Shown here piece by piece: positions 11,501 to 23,858 of a stretch of DNA of 64,000 nucleotides. Every line of letters starts with the position of its first letter. Positions within the stretch are counted from its first letter, which is position 1. The stretch lies in assembly GCF_022045235.1 (NCBI RefSeq), contig NW_027266271.1, positions 26,970,001 through 27,034,000 of the forward strand. Direction: 5' to 3'. Source of the stretch: Haliotis cracherodii (Eukaryota). The position numbers were made by a program, and so were the translations under genes. The notes below the pieces were generated by a model. The model was not told the DNA's origin. It saw only the letters and a list, made by a program, of their open reading frames with translations, and made no database searches.

Positions 11501-14500
11501 ATTGCGCACTGACGGAAGATAGCACTTCTCTAAAAAAACAGAAGCATTGTGACGTAGCAGAGTTGGCGAAGTTCCGCACAAAAGTGTCGAAGGTGTGACG
11601 CCAAATTCTTCTTTAGGAAGTGTTTCAAATTTATTGGATATCTCAAGTTGTGTCACCCATTCTAAACGGAAACAAAGATACCGTTTAACATATAGGCAAA
11701 TATTAGTTTTAAATCTGGCTGTTGATTAGGTATTAATAGGGATGTATATTACAAGGCTATCATATCTGATCTCAAAAGTTAGGTATTGTCTATGGTTATA
11801 CATTGTAATTATGTTTGAGTATTCTAAAAAAAGAAGCTTATATGATGGGGTGATTTTCGGATGAAAAATAATATAATTGAATTTCCTTGACAAAAGTTTG
11901 ATTAGATTTATATTTGTACTAATTCCCTTATGTTGAAAACTTCTGAATCTCTGGTGGTGTGTAGGGTTGATTTGGATCGGCCATTCAGGAACATAGAGTT
12001 GAGGCCTGCCTCGTCTATTGTTTCGAAATGGCCCAAGATGGCGTCACGTCCGTTTCCTCCAGAAGTAGTTTGTTTTGCATATTCTTGAGGCTGAGGGGGA
12101 GGACTCATATATTTTGGAGAAGATTATTGATTCGCGAGATAATATAATAAAATTTAAACGTAGATCTACGTTGTAGGCTATTTGATCAGCTGGTTGAAGA
12201 CAGGCCTCAATATATAAACAAAACTCGGGTTATCATGGTAATCAGAGGTTTTCTTTTTGTCCAAACTGCAAGGCGTTTATATTTTAATTTGCTGTAGTCG
12301 CCCTATCCAAGTTGAATTTCTCAACATCAATTATTGTTGTTTCTTCCTTTATTGGCATTGTTGGAGGAGGGAGGAGTTTTTTGTTGTTGTGGTTGGTAGG
12401 CAAAGCAATGATGAAGGCGTTCTTTTGGGAGAGTGGCCGGGGTGGCCCTGGAAAGGGCTGTTGGAAACAAACTGGACAAGGCTTGTCTCTGTTTTACATT
12501 ACTTTCCTTGATCTCGATACTAGATAATAATACGGTCCACTCCAACAGTCGGGTACGTCAATTCCGGTGTATCGAGACGACATGGTTGATCTCTCATTAA
12601 GTGCTAGGACTGTGACGGTGTGCTCTGCTTCGCTCTTTTTTTATAGAAGCGGCACTGGAACCCTGCTACCTGATTGGTCGAAAACGTAGCGCGCTGATTG
12701 GTCCGTTCCGGCGCCTGATCTGAGCCTCGGTTTTTCCAACCGGACAGACCCTTGTGATGGGTCAGTCTTACGGGGATGTACAGTCAGTCTTAGAGGGGTG
12801 TACTGTGACTCTAAAGGAGTGTACAGTCAGTCTTAATGGGTGTACAGTCAGTCTTTAGAGGTGTACAGTCAGCCTTACATGGGTGTACAGTCAGCCTTAC
12901 AGGGATGTACAGTCAGTCTTATAGGGGTGTACAGTCACTCTAAAGGGGTGTACAGACAGTCTTAAGGGTGTACAGTCAGTCTTACAAGATGTACAGTCAG
13001 TCTTATAGGGGTATTCAGGAATCCATCACGTCAGCCATGTTGATGGTCAAACCGCGTCTTTCTGTCTGTGGCCGTTGCCTTGTTCATTCCACCTTCCACA
13101 AGTTCAATCGGGTATCCACGGGATTGTAGATATAATTTCAGTTCTGCAAGTCGTATGTTCCTTGTAGACATATTTGACAAAATCATGCGGATGGAATGCT
13201 TCTTTTTGTATGACTCGGGTGACGAGATGAAAGATGTAGATACTGTTTAGTATATGTAGGCTTAAAAGTATAGATCTGTCTCTAGATCACGTCCACATAG
13301 TTTAATATGTTATAAAGCTTGCATCTGGTTCCAGTGGCTATACTAGTGTTTGGCTTGCTTGGGAAAAGGTGACGTTGACGGATAGGTGGTGTTTGTCGAA
13401 GGATGTTGGTCAAGAGTTGGCAGCTAATTTTGTTGGAAGATTTCAAGCAGTTTGTGCGTTCTGAGATTAAGACTTATTTGGATGAACAGAAGGTGGGTCA
13501 GTAACAAATATCTGCAACCTTGACAGATAATTCCTCGGTTACTCACAGGAGTAACTTTAGGAAGGATCAGCTAGGGTAATTGTACAGTTAAGACTTATTT
13601 GGGTAATTCAGGTCAGAATAGGTCAGCTACTTCAGGCGTGTTCGATTACTATCAATTCAGGTAGTTCGTTCCCAAGGAAGTCAGATTCCTTAGTTGGTTT
13701 GAAACAGGATTCAGGTTTGTCGTCAGGTGTTGTATGTAAATATTGACACAAGGCAGGTCATCTGATTTCAACGTGTCGTATACTCAAAGCCAAATGATGA
13801 TCACAAACCACTCCCCGTGCTTTTGTCCCAGTGTAATCTTATGTCATCAACACTGAGGATGAGTATGCGAGTGTCTCCTGCTGTTAGGGAGTAATTAACC
13901 TTTATTTCAAAAGGTCTGGCATTATTTCAACTGGATAAATCCACATTATGGCCAATTACTTTTCTGAGGGACACAGGGACACTCTATTCGTGACTTTGGA
14001 GGGCGTCCTCTAGTTTGGGTAGTGGTTTCAATAGAGGGGATTGGAGGAGTAACTGGTGTGTTAGATGTTTGTGTCAATTACTACTTACGGGATGAAATAA
14101 AATCTTAGAAGCAAGGTTTTACCACCGTAGTTTATCAGTACTGTGAATGAGTTTTCCATTCAGAAAACAACGCGATCTTAGCACTAAGATGATTGTAACG
14201 CCCATACCTTGACATAGACTTACCACAGTCGTAGCGCTAAGGTTGTTTTGAACAACGGCACCCAGGTCTCTTATTACCGCTGGGCCTCATGTTCTGTTGG
14301 AAGCTTGTTCAAAGGATAAGGGTCATTGCGCTTATTATAGGGAATACGTTACTTTAGTCAACAATATTAAGACCCGAGACTGTCCTCCTTCAGTTTTGTC
14401 CTCTATACCATGTGACATTTACCTCACAGTTAACGAGAAACGTTTCCTAAAAACATGAAACGCGGTGTGATTCACAGAATGCAATTACCTTCAGCTTGAA

Positions 14501-14618
14501 ATGTTTGGAAATGCGAACACCGCCGCCAACGCTCCATAGTTCTTTTTCGTCTGCGTTTTCCTAAGTATCGTCTGCTTCATTTGAGACGAAGACGCGGAGG
14601 GTAGCGGATGATGCGATC

Positions 14619-14871
14619 ATGTCTCAAACTGTAACAGTTTCAATTTTACTATTAACCTGTTTGGGCTTTGTTTTGCAAGCACTGGCAGTGGACAGTGACA
14701 AATGTGTGCAAAGCTTTCTCAACGACGCCGGCGACCTTAACCTTGAGCGTTTCCAAGGTTACTGGTACGCCAGGTACTCTTACCTCCCGTACCGTCCAGG
14801 GTTCAGAGCCATTGATACTCAGTCCATCTATGTGTACATGCCAGGATCCAGGCGGTGGAACATAGCAGCGG
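14619..14871 (+). CDS. Secreted lipocalin (ApoD-like), copy 2, exon 1
   Basis: Hydrophobic signal peptide, DLNLERFQGYWY (SCR1 GxW), phase-1 donor G|GTGAGT that joins in frame to 17658. Confidence 0.9.
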
Positions 14872-16476
14872 GTGAGTAGGCTTGACGCAGTAGTATTCAA
14901 AACTGGATACTTACACTGACAGATCCATCACACGACATCTGTGGAGGTGACACTGTTTTCCTGAGAAGTAGCATGGGGTTTAATGTTCAAATCCAACAAA
15001 AAAGTTTCTGTTTTAAACTTATTTCTCTTATAAAACATTTTCATTAGTTTTCAGTTTAAGCATTTTGTTATTTTCTCACGAGTTGATTTCAAGATGGTCA
15101 TCAAGGTAATCATCTAAATTGATAAATAGTAGATGTTAATAATTATGAAGAATAATCTGGTATAACAAATACATTATCATCCTCTTGTCTTGATGACATA
15201 TCAAATATCAAAAGACACGTGTGGGATCGACTGTATACCAACCCTCTGGGCAACACGTTTTGCTTATAATCAATAAGGATTTGGGTTAAAAGACGCTTTT
15301 GGCAGTATTTCAGTCATATGAAGGGATGCACGCTTATTGTTTGGGGAAAAAACCAAAGTGGCGCAGATGGCGAAGGTCGACCGCTTTGCTTAACTCAACG
15401 AACACGAGTGTTGTATGCTGACGTGTATGCAGCTATCGATATGTACACTTGAGTTTTAAATGAGCTTGGATGTTATCAAATAAGAAAAGTATGTTCTTTT
15501 ACAAATATTGCTTTTGTACAAGATCAAAACATGATGCATGATCCCTGTTCTATTCTGTATATACATACTAAAGATGAAAGGTAAATAACAAAGCTGAATA
15601 AGACCTTTTCCGATGGTACACGTCGTCGTTTGAACCTCATGGTGGTGATCACAATGCCAACTGCACCTTGGCTGCATTGAACGGTGACGTGTGATGAAGT
15701 GAAGTGGGGCTTAACGTCGCACTCATATCGAGACGAGGGTCCACGGGTGTGTTGCTGCTTGTAGTAGTGCTGTTTCTGTAGTGTTAACCAACCATGCCCA
15801 GCTTAACATTAATACCCAACCCAGACACATTATACTGACTCCGAGCTGACCACTCCTTTCTTTCCCTTTAATATCAAGTACCTTCTGTTAATGTCGTTTA
15901 GTATCAGGCGGCCAGGGGGTCGAACCACCGATCTTCCGGGCTTAAATGATTTGTGTTTGTTTGTTTGTTTGTTGTTTAACACCACACTCTACATGACAAC
16001 GGTCTGAAAATAATCGAGTCTAAACCAGACAATCCAGTGATTGACCTCGATTCACGCAATTGGGATACGATGACATGCATCAACCAAGTCAGTGATCCTG
16101 ACCACCCGATCCCGTTAGTCGCCTCTCACGACAAGCATATTCGCCTTTTACGTATAGAAACAAATACGATTTGTAACTGGTAGGATTAGAAAAATGTTCA
16201 CCTTTGAAAAAATGGATGATTTAGAGACGATAGTAGAGACGATAGTGTAACATGTACCGTTCCGGATCGGGTGGTCGGGCATGGTTGATGCATGTCATCT
16301 CAACCTAATTGCGTAAATCATTACTCATGATGTCAATCACTGGATTGCCTGGTCCAACGTCATATATTTACAGGCCGTGACATAGCTGGGAGATGGCTCT
16401 GTGCAGAGTCAAACATCAGACAAACAATTAGTATGCCTTTAATAGTTAATACTCAACAAGGAAAACATTATTATAT

Positions 16477-17278
16477 GTATTCATCATGGACATATGGGAT
16501 ATCGTATGCTTTAAAAAAGCAATACATTCATCATGGACATATGGGATACCGTATGCTTTAAAATAGCAATACATTCATCATGGACATATGGGATATTGTA
16601 TGCTTTAAAATAGCAATACATTCATCGTGGAAATATGGGATATCGTATACTTTAATATAGCAATACATTCATCGTGGACATATGGGATATCATATACTTT
16701 AAAACAGCAATTCATTCATCGTGGACATATGGGATATCGTATACTGTAATATAGTAATACATTCATCATGGACATATGGGATTTCGTATGCTTTAAAATA
16801 GTAATACATTCATCATGGACATATGGGATATCGTATGCTTTGATATGGCAATTCATTCATCATGGACATATGGGATTTCGTATGCTTTAAAACAGCAATA
16901 CATTCATCATGGACATATGGGATATCGTATGCTTTAATATAGCAATACATTCATCATGGACATATGGGATATCGTATGCTTTAAAATAGAAATACATTCA
17001 TCATGGACATATGGGATATCGTATGCTTTAATATAGCAATACATTCAAAATGGACATATGGGAAATCATAAGCTTTAAAACAGCAATACATTCATCATGG
17101 ACATATGGGATATCGTATGCTTTAATATAGCAATACATTCATCATGGACATATGGGATATCGTATACTTTAATATAGCAATACATTCATCGTGGACATGG
17201 GATATCGTATGCTTTAAAATAGCAATACATTCATCATGGACATATGGGATATCGTATGCTTTAAAATAGCAATACATA
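16477..17278. repeat. 47-bp intronic minisatellite, ~17 units
   Basis: Same unit as 7935-8562. Confidence 0.95.
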
Positions 17279-17371
17279 GCATTCAATTTTGCACAATGCA
17301 TGTCAGGTCGATGTTCCGATCAACATACTGACTTTCCTGAAGAGAACACACTGAACGACTGCGTTACCTGT

Positions 17372-17491
17372 GGAGCCGCCTTGTGGTTGAACCGTTCGCT
17401 CGTCACGCCTAAGACCCGTGTGAAGCTCATTTCTGGTGTCCCCGCCGAGTCATTGCTGGAATATTGCTAAAAGCGGCGTAAACCTCACTCA
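17372..17491 (+). mobile_element. Degenerate SINE family A (counterpart at 48990-49117)
   Basis: GTTCGCTCGTCACGCC...CATTTCTGGTGTCCCC...AAAGCGGCGTAAACCTCACTC. Confidence 0.75.
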
Positions 17492-17657
17492 TAATCACCG
17501 TAACCTTGATCACATAGTTGTTAGATTGGGAAAACATTAGAACGCGAGTGAACCTTTAAAGGATCTGTGTCGAAAACATCGGATGTGGAAACTAAAATAT
17601 AAATTGTGAAAGAACTTCACATGTACTGAATGTCAGTATTTGATTTCCGTTTCCCAG

Positions 17658-18046
17658 GTTTGAGTATCATTGATGGACTGTGTTACCGACGCGTTGTCAA
17701 CGTCACTGTCGACAGCCCAGGCACCCGGCTGTTCAAGGACTTTACCTATTTCCACCACGTCGTTGCCACAGACTGCGACAATTACGCTGTGGCCCTTTTC
17801 TGCTGGGGGGTCAACCTCGCCGGCAAATGTGAGAACGGAGATATTCAAACCATCGTCCTCACCCGTTCCCCTCAAGACCTTAGGAAGACTAACGTCTGGG
17901 GGAAGGTCACCGCCGACGTCAAAGACTGCGCAGACCCATCACAGTTAACAGATGTTCTCCAAGAACACATCTGCGCATGTCGGGATTCCGATAATATCAC
18001 TCTGGGGGTGGGCAGCACGTGCCCTGACAGAGTGCCAAATGTTTAA
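17658..18046 (+). CDS. Secreted lipocalin, copy 2, exon 2 (spliced protein ~213 aa)
   Basis: Acceptor TTTCCCAG|GT completes a Gly codon. VVATDCDNYA (SCR2 variant), FCW...C, IVLTR (SCR3), stop TAA at 18046. Confidence 0.9.
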
Positions 18047-18120
18047 AAAATATCCCTGTCTTTGCTTGAATTTGTATCATCATAAATAAGGTTCTTCCTC
18101 CTTGACTGATCCTGATGAAA

Positions 18121-18348
18121 TTGATTGGTTGTTTAACGCCGCACTCAGCAATGTTGCAGCTATATGGCGGCGGTCTGTAAATAATCGAGTCTGGACCAGA
18201 CAATCCAGTGATTAATATCATGAGCATCGATCCACGCAATTGGGATCGATGACATGCATCATCCAAGTCACCGAGCCTAACCACCCGGTCCCGTTAGTCG
18301 CCTTTTACGACAAGCATGAATTGCTGAAGACCTATTCTACCACGGGTC
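18121..18348 (-). mobile_element. SINE family C, probably a recombinant of the two copies seen in copy 3
   Basis: Left part matches 50050-50324; right end and flank match 50565-50807. Confidence 0.8.
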
Positions 18349-19288
18349 TCCACCTTGATGAAACATACAAGAAATGTGTAAGTGATCAAATGGAGATGAA
18401 CCTCCGAGGCTGACACCAGTCTGCCAAAACTAGAGGTCAATAGTGTGAGCATCAATCCACGCCGTCGTCGTACACAACCCAAGGTCGATGATGAGGCATG
18501 TTCAGTCTGATCACCCATGATAAATACCACAACCAAATGAATCCGATCTTACCTTTATTTTGGACCTGCAAAAACGCAAAGCGGCGATTCTACTCCGTTG
18601 TGCTTATATCCTCATGGAGGATTCCGGGGCAAAGTGGGTCCCTCACATCTCAAGATCCGACGAAAGAGGATACTAGGGTGGTCAGAATCGATGACCTGCT
18701 GATAGCACGTCATTTTGTCTCGCGGGTTGTTGTTCATGTTTTGAGTCACTGGTTTTCCTGGTCCAAACTCTATCACACTACACAGGCCGATCCGACTATA
18801 CTGGAATATTGTTATAACCATCCAATCATCAGTAGACAAACTCCTTCGCAGTGCCCCCAGGTGGCGCTCGTGCCTCGCTCCCTTTACGTGCTAGCAAGAG
18901 ATGTACGAGTCTTTGTTTGTTGTTTAACGCAGTACCTAACAGTATTATGACGGCGGTCTGTAAATAATCGAGTCTGGCCCAGACAATCCATCCACTGACA
19001 TCAAAAGCATCGACCTACGTAACTGGGATACAAGTCATGCACCAATAAAGTTGGTCAATGGTCAACATGGGTTGGGCACCTGGATCTTCACGAGGCAGGT
19101 ACGAGCGACAATTGCACCGCTGTGTATGTGCTGCTGCGATGTGGGACTAAGGCCTGATCTGTCCAGGAAATATTGAAGTTCACAGACTAAGATGTTTTTT
19201 ATTTCGTCAGAATGTAGGCCAGCGGTCAAATACACAACATGCAATTGTGAAGAGAATATATGGATGTCAACTTCGTTATAATGAGGAA

Positions 19289-19328
19289 CACAACGTTTCG
19301 GAGTATATGCTTACTCCTTCATCAGGTC
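19289..19328 (-). ncRNA. Minimal hammerhead ribozyme-like motif (Penelope-type), copy 2
   Basis: CTGATGA + stem GGAGTA/TACTCC + GAAACGTT. Stem I is weakened by a 7-nt deletion relative to copy 3. Confidence 0.5.
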
Positions 19329-19593
19329 CAACATGGGATTGCCTAAAAGTCTGGCCAAGAAAAGTCGGGCCGGGCCGGGCCGGGCCGGGCCGGGCCGGGC
19401 CAGCGGGTAATACTAAAAATGGATTGCAGAATAATAAAACGAAACATGCATATCTAGGTAGATCTCAAATGTCCACAAACGTATAGTTTTGCTCATTTAA
19501 TTGAGTTTGAATCAAAATGCATCTTCAACAATGTAATAAACTGATAATTATGACTACGTACCGTCAGTCCTCGTAGAAAGTCAGTATCTTGAC

Positions 19594-20948
19594 GTTCGTT
19601 CGTTCGTTCTTTCGGGGATTTAACGTGCGCTTTCCGCATGTAATAAATTACATTTAGCGTATCTCGCACACGGGGAAGTACTTATACTAAATAGGAAAAA
19701 AAAGCGTAATGAATAAATAAGAAGTGCGACCCCCAAAAAATGTAAATTAAGTAAACCTAAAAATTTAATCTAGGGGGTTGGGTTTGGCTGGGTGGGGTGG
19801 GGGTTGTAAATGAAAAATAATAATGTGAAAAGGTGGGCTTGGGGGGGACCGGGGGGGGGGGGGGGGGGGGGCGGGGGTGGGTGTGTGGTCAAGCGTGGAA
19901 GGGAACGGCGTTGGCTGGAGAGCTGGTGTGGAGAAGGAAGTTACTGCTTCATCCCAGCCAGGGGCCTCCTGGCTAGGTCGAGCTCTCCTAGAGGAAGAGC
20001 TCGGAACAGTGCGGTGGTGAGGCGGGCGGCGGCGTTGGTGATGAAGAGCGGGCTGACTGGGAGATCACAGTCAACCAGGAACTCCGAGAGATCCTGGTAG
20101 CTGTGGATCTCGTGCTCAACCTTTCTTCACCACAGTACTGCACCAGCACCAAGGGTGGGCGTGGGCGGTTGCTTGGGTAAATATTGCCGCTCTCATTCTG
20201 GTAGCAGGGGTTAGGGTGGACCTTGTGCTGCTCCAGGATGAGGTCTGCCTCCTGTACAAGGTGGGCACGGACATCTACCTCAACATCTTGTACCGGAACC
20301 GGGTCGGTTTGGACTTGGCTGGTGTTGAGGGAGGGGCCTGGTGTTATGGCGGTCTGCGTTTCCGTGGTCTTGCAGGTTGGAGGTGTTGGGAGGGGGTGGG
20401 GGGTGGGGGGGGGGGGGGGGGGGGGAGGGGGGGGGGGAGAGTCAGGGGAGAAGACACTTTTCTTCTTTCTCTTTTTCCTCCCCTGGCCAGTCCCTACCGG
20501 CGTGCGAAAGGGCTCCTCCCCTCTTGATTCGAGAGGAGCGAGTTCCAGTGCAGCTGTCGGGGACGGAGGGGTGGTGGGAAGGCTCTCCTGGATCTCCATG
20601 GGGGCGATTGGTGGAGACTTCTTCACTGTAGGCGGCCTGGCCTTCTGTACCGGGCGTGGTGCAGCAGGGGTAGGGACCGGGGTCCTCATCTCCTTAGGCT
20701 TGGTGTTGGTCGGAGCCTTGACCAGAGGCCTTTTCCTTTGGCCTAGGTCAAAGGAGATGGAGAGGGTGGATGAGTTGGACTTGTACGAAGTCCGGAGGGA
20801 GAAGTCCCCAACCCTGTAAGCCAGCAAGGGCTCCAGGATGGCAACTAGCTCCCTAGGTAGCGATAGAGCGATATCTCTCATGGTAGAGCGTGGGTTGCGA
20901 GCGAGGAAGGACACGTCTGCACGGGGCGAGTGTCCAAGCCGAGATGTG
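19594..20948 (-). mobile_element. Non-autonomous single-ORF retroposon (no RT) with (GAAC)n tail
   Basis: 7-bp TSD TCTTGAC (19587-19593 / 20949-20955), 3' end CGTTAAATCCCCGAAA(GAAC)4, GC-rich body in an AT-rich context. Confidence 0.7.
19988..20881 (-). CDS. Pro-rich ORF of the retroposon (ORF1-like, unknown function); likely frameshifted near 20125
   Basis: ATG at 20881: MRDIALSLPRELVAILEPLL..., basic NLS-like RKKRKKK, poly-Pro. An alternative frame after ~20125 reads KVEHEIHSYQDLSEFLVDCDLPVSPLFITNAAARLTTALF. Confidence 0.55.
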   Translation of the reverse strand: MRDIALSLPRELVAILEPLLAYRVGDFSLRTSYKSNSSTLSISFDLGQRKRPLVKAPTNTKPKEMRTPVPTPAAPRPVQKARPPTVKKSPPIAPMEIQESLPTTPPSPTAALELAPLESRGEEPFRTPVGTGQGRKKRKKKSVFSPDSPPPPPPPPPPPTPHPLPTPPTCKTTETQTAITPGPSLNTSQVQTDPVPVQDVEVDVRAHLVQEADLILEQHKVHPNPCYQNESGNIYPSNRPRPPLVLVQYCGEERLSTRSTATRISRSSWLTVISQSARSSSPTPPPASPPHCSELFL

Positions 20949-21616
20949 TCTTGACTGTGTGTTTTCTTGGATGAGAAAGTTTCTCACCGACCTTAGCGTG
21001 GAGGTGCGTGATGTCCTGGGCAGGAAATCAAAGTGTTTTGACTGCTATTCTTTCATTAATTAACGAGTTAGGCATCCCTAATTAACGTGTACTAATTCAT
21101 GTTAAACCAACACAGGATGTTTACTGGAAGTGGATATTCGCTAATGTCATAGGGCTGACACGACACGTGTTAGTAACTGTCCTAGCACTTCTAAAGTTAC
21201 TGAACATTCTTTACACCTAAAGACTAGTATTATATCTACCTATATGCCACTTTAGTGTCTCATATTGCGGTAGTTAAACAAAACACGGTGCTCAAAGTGA
21301 AGCCCTTTTCCCTCTACATTATCAACATAGGCTCTATCAAAGGTGTTTGAATTGTGTTGGGTCCGACTTGGCCCGGGCTGTCAAAATTAACTTTAAACAC
21401 ATAGATGTATCAAGAAATGTGTTTACTTCTATAGATTGTTGTTGTTGCATAAGGTGTTTAAAGGGTCGCCTTCTGCCTAGGCAATTTCGGCTGACATGTC
21501 CCTCTTTGGGACTCCTGTGTGTGAGTAGGGTACACATATCTATTGTGAGTTTGGTGTTCACATAATTTCTGTTTTTGCATTGATATGATTTCTATTTTCT
21601 AACATTGATATGATTT

Positions 21617-23235
21617 CTTTCTATCCTTGACTGCTCTGTTTATATACGTTCGAGTAGCTGTCCATCTCTCTCTCTGAAATAGAGTAAGTTTGGCCTTCGC
21701 TATTGCATCTCTTGGCTTTAGGAGATCTATGACAGATAGTGGATCTGACTGCAATTCTTGTTTTAATCAAGCCAGGGCTGGGGCATGTTCTTGACATTCT
21801 AGTAACACGTGATCAATGGTTTCAGCCTGATTGCAAGCTGAACAAACCTTGTCATAGTGCTTTTTGTGACCGAGTCGAGGCGTGAGATAGCAACTTCAAT
21901 TTTCCTTTCTTTTGAGTATGAGTTTGGCTTTTGTTGGACCTTGGGTTGAATTTTGTATAGCCATCTACCGATCTTACTTGCGTCCCATTGGGCTTGCCAT
22001 CTTTCTGCTATGGAGGCTTTGATTTTGCTTTTTATCTCTAGTTTACTAAAGGGAATAGGCTGTATATCCGCTTTGTCTAGAGCTAGCTTCGCCAGTGAGT
22101 CTACTTTTTTCATTTCCATGAATATCTATGTGAGAGGGGATCCAAAACAGCTCCACCTGTTGCCCTTGGTCCGATAGTTTTGTATATTCGTATAGAATAT
22201 TGTTGACTGTGTTTGGCCTGGAGTTTCTGCCACTGATGGCCTGAAGTGCACTTAGCGAGTCTGATAGGACGACTGCCTTTGCTTCCGGAAGTTCCGGTAT
22301 GAGTTTGTGTGCATGATGAATTGCCTCCAATTCAGCCGTGAATACTGACTGACCATCAGGCAAGCGAACTGAATGTGCTTGGGGTTTGGAGCTGTGGATA
22401 TGGATCCCGTAACCAGCACTGTTGTTGATAGGATTCTTGGATCCATCAGTGTATATATGGGCCCAGCTCTCCCAGGTAGTTTGAATTTTAGTGATAGCTA
22501 CTGATCGTAGTAGGGTTGGGTTTTCTTTTTTAGTGACTTCTGATGTTAAAGCAGTGTCAACTTTGGGAGTTTTTGAAGTCCACGGAGGGTGTAACCCTTT
22601 GTAGTGACTTTCTGGAGGCTGAATGTCATCACAATTGTGACTTCGAATGAGTTCACGTACTAATATCCCAGATGGCTTTAGTGAGGGATTGTTTCGAGCT
22701 AGGGCTTAATCTCGAGCGTTTTTGTCTTGCCATATCTTTTTAACCAAAGGGTTTGATGTTCTTCCCCAGAACGATGATATTGCCTGCTCTCTTCTTAGTT
22801 TCAATGGGAGTTCTCCCGTTTCTACTTGTAGTGCTTCTAGTGAGGTGCCTGTTGCGCTTGTGGCCAGCATTAGGGCTTTGTATTGTATTCTGTCTAGGCG
22901 CCTCAAGACAGTATTTGATGCTGAATGAAAAGCCTCACAACCATAGTCAATTTTTTATCTGATAAGAGATTTGTAGAGGTCCAGCTGAGTGTCCCTCGAT
23001 GTGCCCCAAGATGTGCCTGAAATAGCCCGTAATACGTTCAGGTCTTTTTGACATCTGTTTTCCACATATTCTATATGTTTGCGCCAAGTGAGGCGTTGAT
23101 CAAGGATCGCCCCAAGAACTATTGCAGATTTTTCGAATTTGATAGGTTTGCCTTTTATGGAGGTATCATAGCATCTTTCCCCCGGCGTTTGAATAGAACT
23201 CAACATTTTTTCACTTGAAAGGGTGAATCCCCATT
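21617..23235 (-). mobile_element. 5'-truncated, frameshifted I-group (I/Nimb-like) LINE: RT C-terminus + RNase H
   Basis: LGAILDQRLTWRKHI...SGTSWG; SLEALQVETGELPL; SVFTAELEAI; SDSLSALQAI; WIPSHIDIHGNE; WQAQWD. Confidence 0.9.
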
Positions 23236-23858
23236 AATTCTATTTATTCTATAGATTAGTTTTATATCAACCTATAAAGCACGTTATAATGTCACAGTCC
23301 TTCGTATTTAAAGAAAACTAGGTGCTCAAAGTGTAGCCCTTTTCCCTCTACATTCTCAGAGACACTTTGGATTTCAGGATAAGCTTCTCCCTCAATCCTG
23401 CTTAATGTTTCTTAATTATATATGTGTGTGTTTAGGAAAACAGGAGACTGTTGTAATCTGCCATACCGCTAGAATACGTGCTGCATTTCCGAGCAGCCAC
23501 TTCCGACAAAGCTCGTAATGTGAAAACACACTATTGTCCTGATGGTCAAAAGACGCCGTCAATTAAAGTTTTTAACCACCCGGGCCAAGTCGATCCGACA
23601 GGTAGAATGATACGCAGGATGCAAAAGAAGGTACTGCTCGTAAAAAAACACAAGTACAGTACAGAAACTGAAGTAAGCTGTGCAGGTTTACCTATCTAGG
23701 TTTTCTGTATGCTTACACATCATCACGTCATACTGTGTTGAATTACTTTTTCTTATTCTAATATTGCTAATGTTTGTCAGGGGCCAGTGATGGTATGGTT
23801 TTATGGAATAGCAAAGGCAGCAATCAACAAATCTGTGGCACCATTTCTTCTACCATAC

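Larger units (their letters stand above)
8634..19326 (+). repeat. Segmental duplication copy 2 (complete lipocalin unit)
   Basis: Begins GATTCAAGTTATCAG (=40726) and ends CCTTCATCAGG (=51780). Confidence 0.95.
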
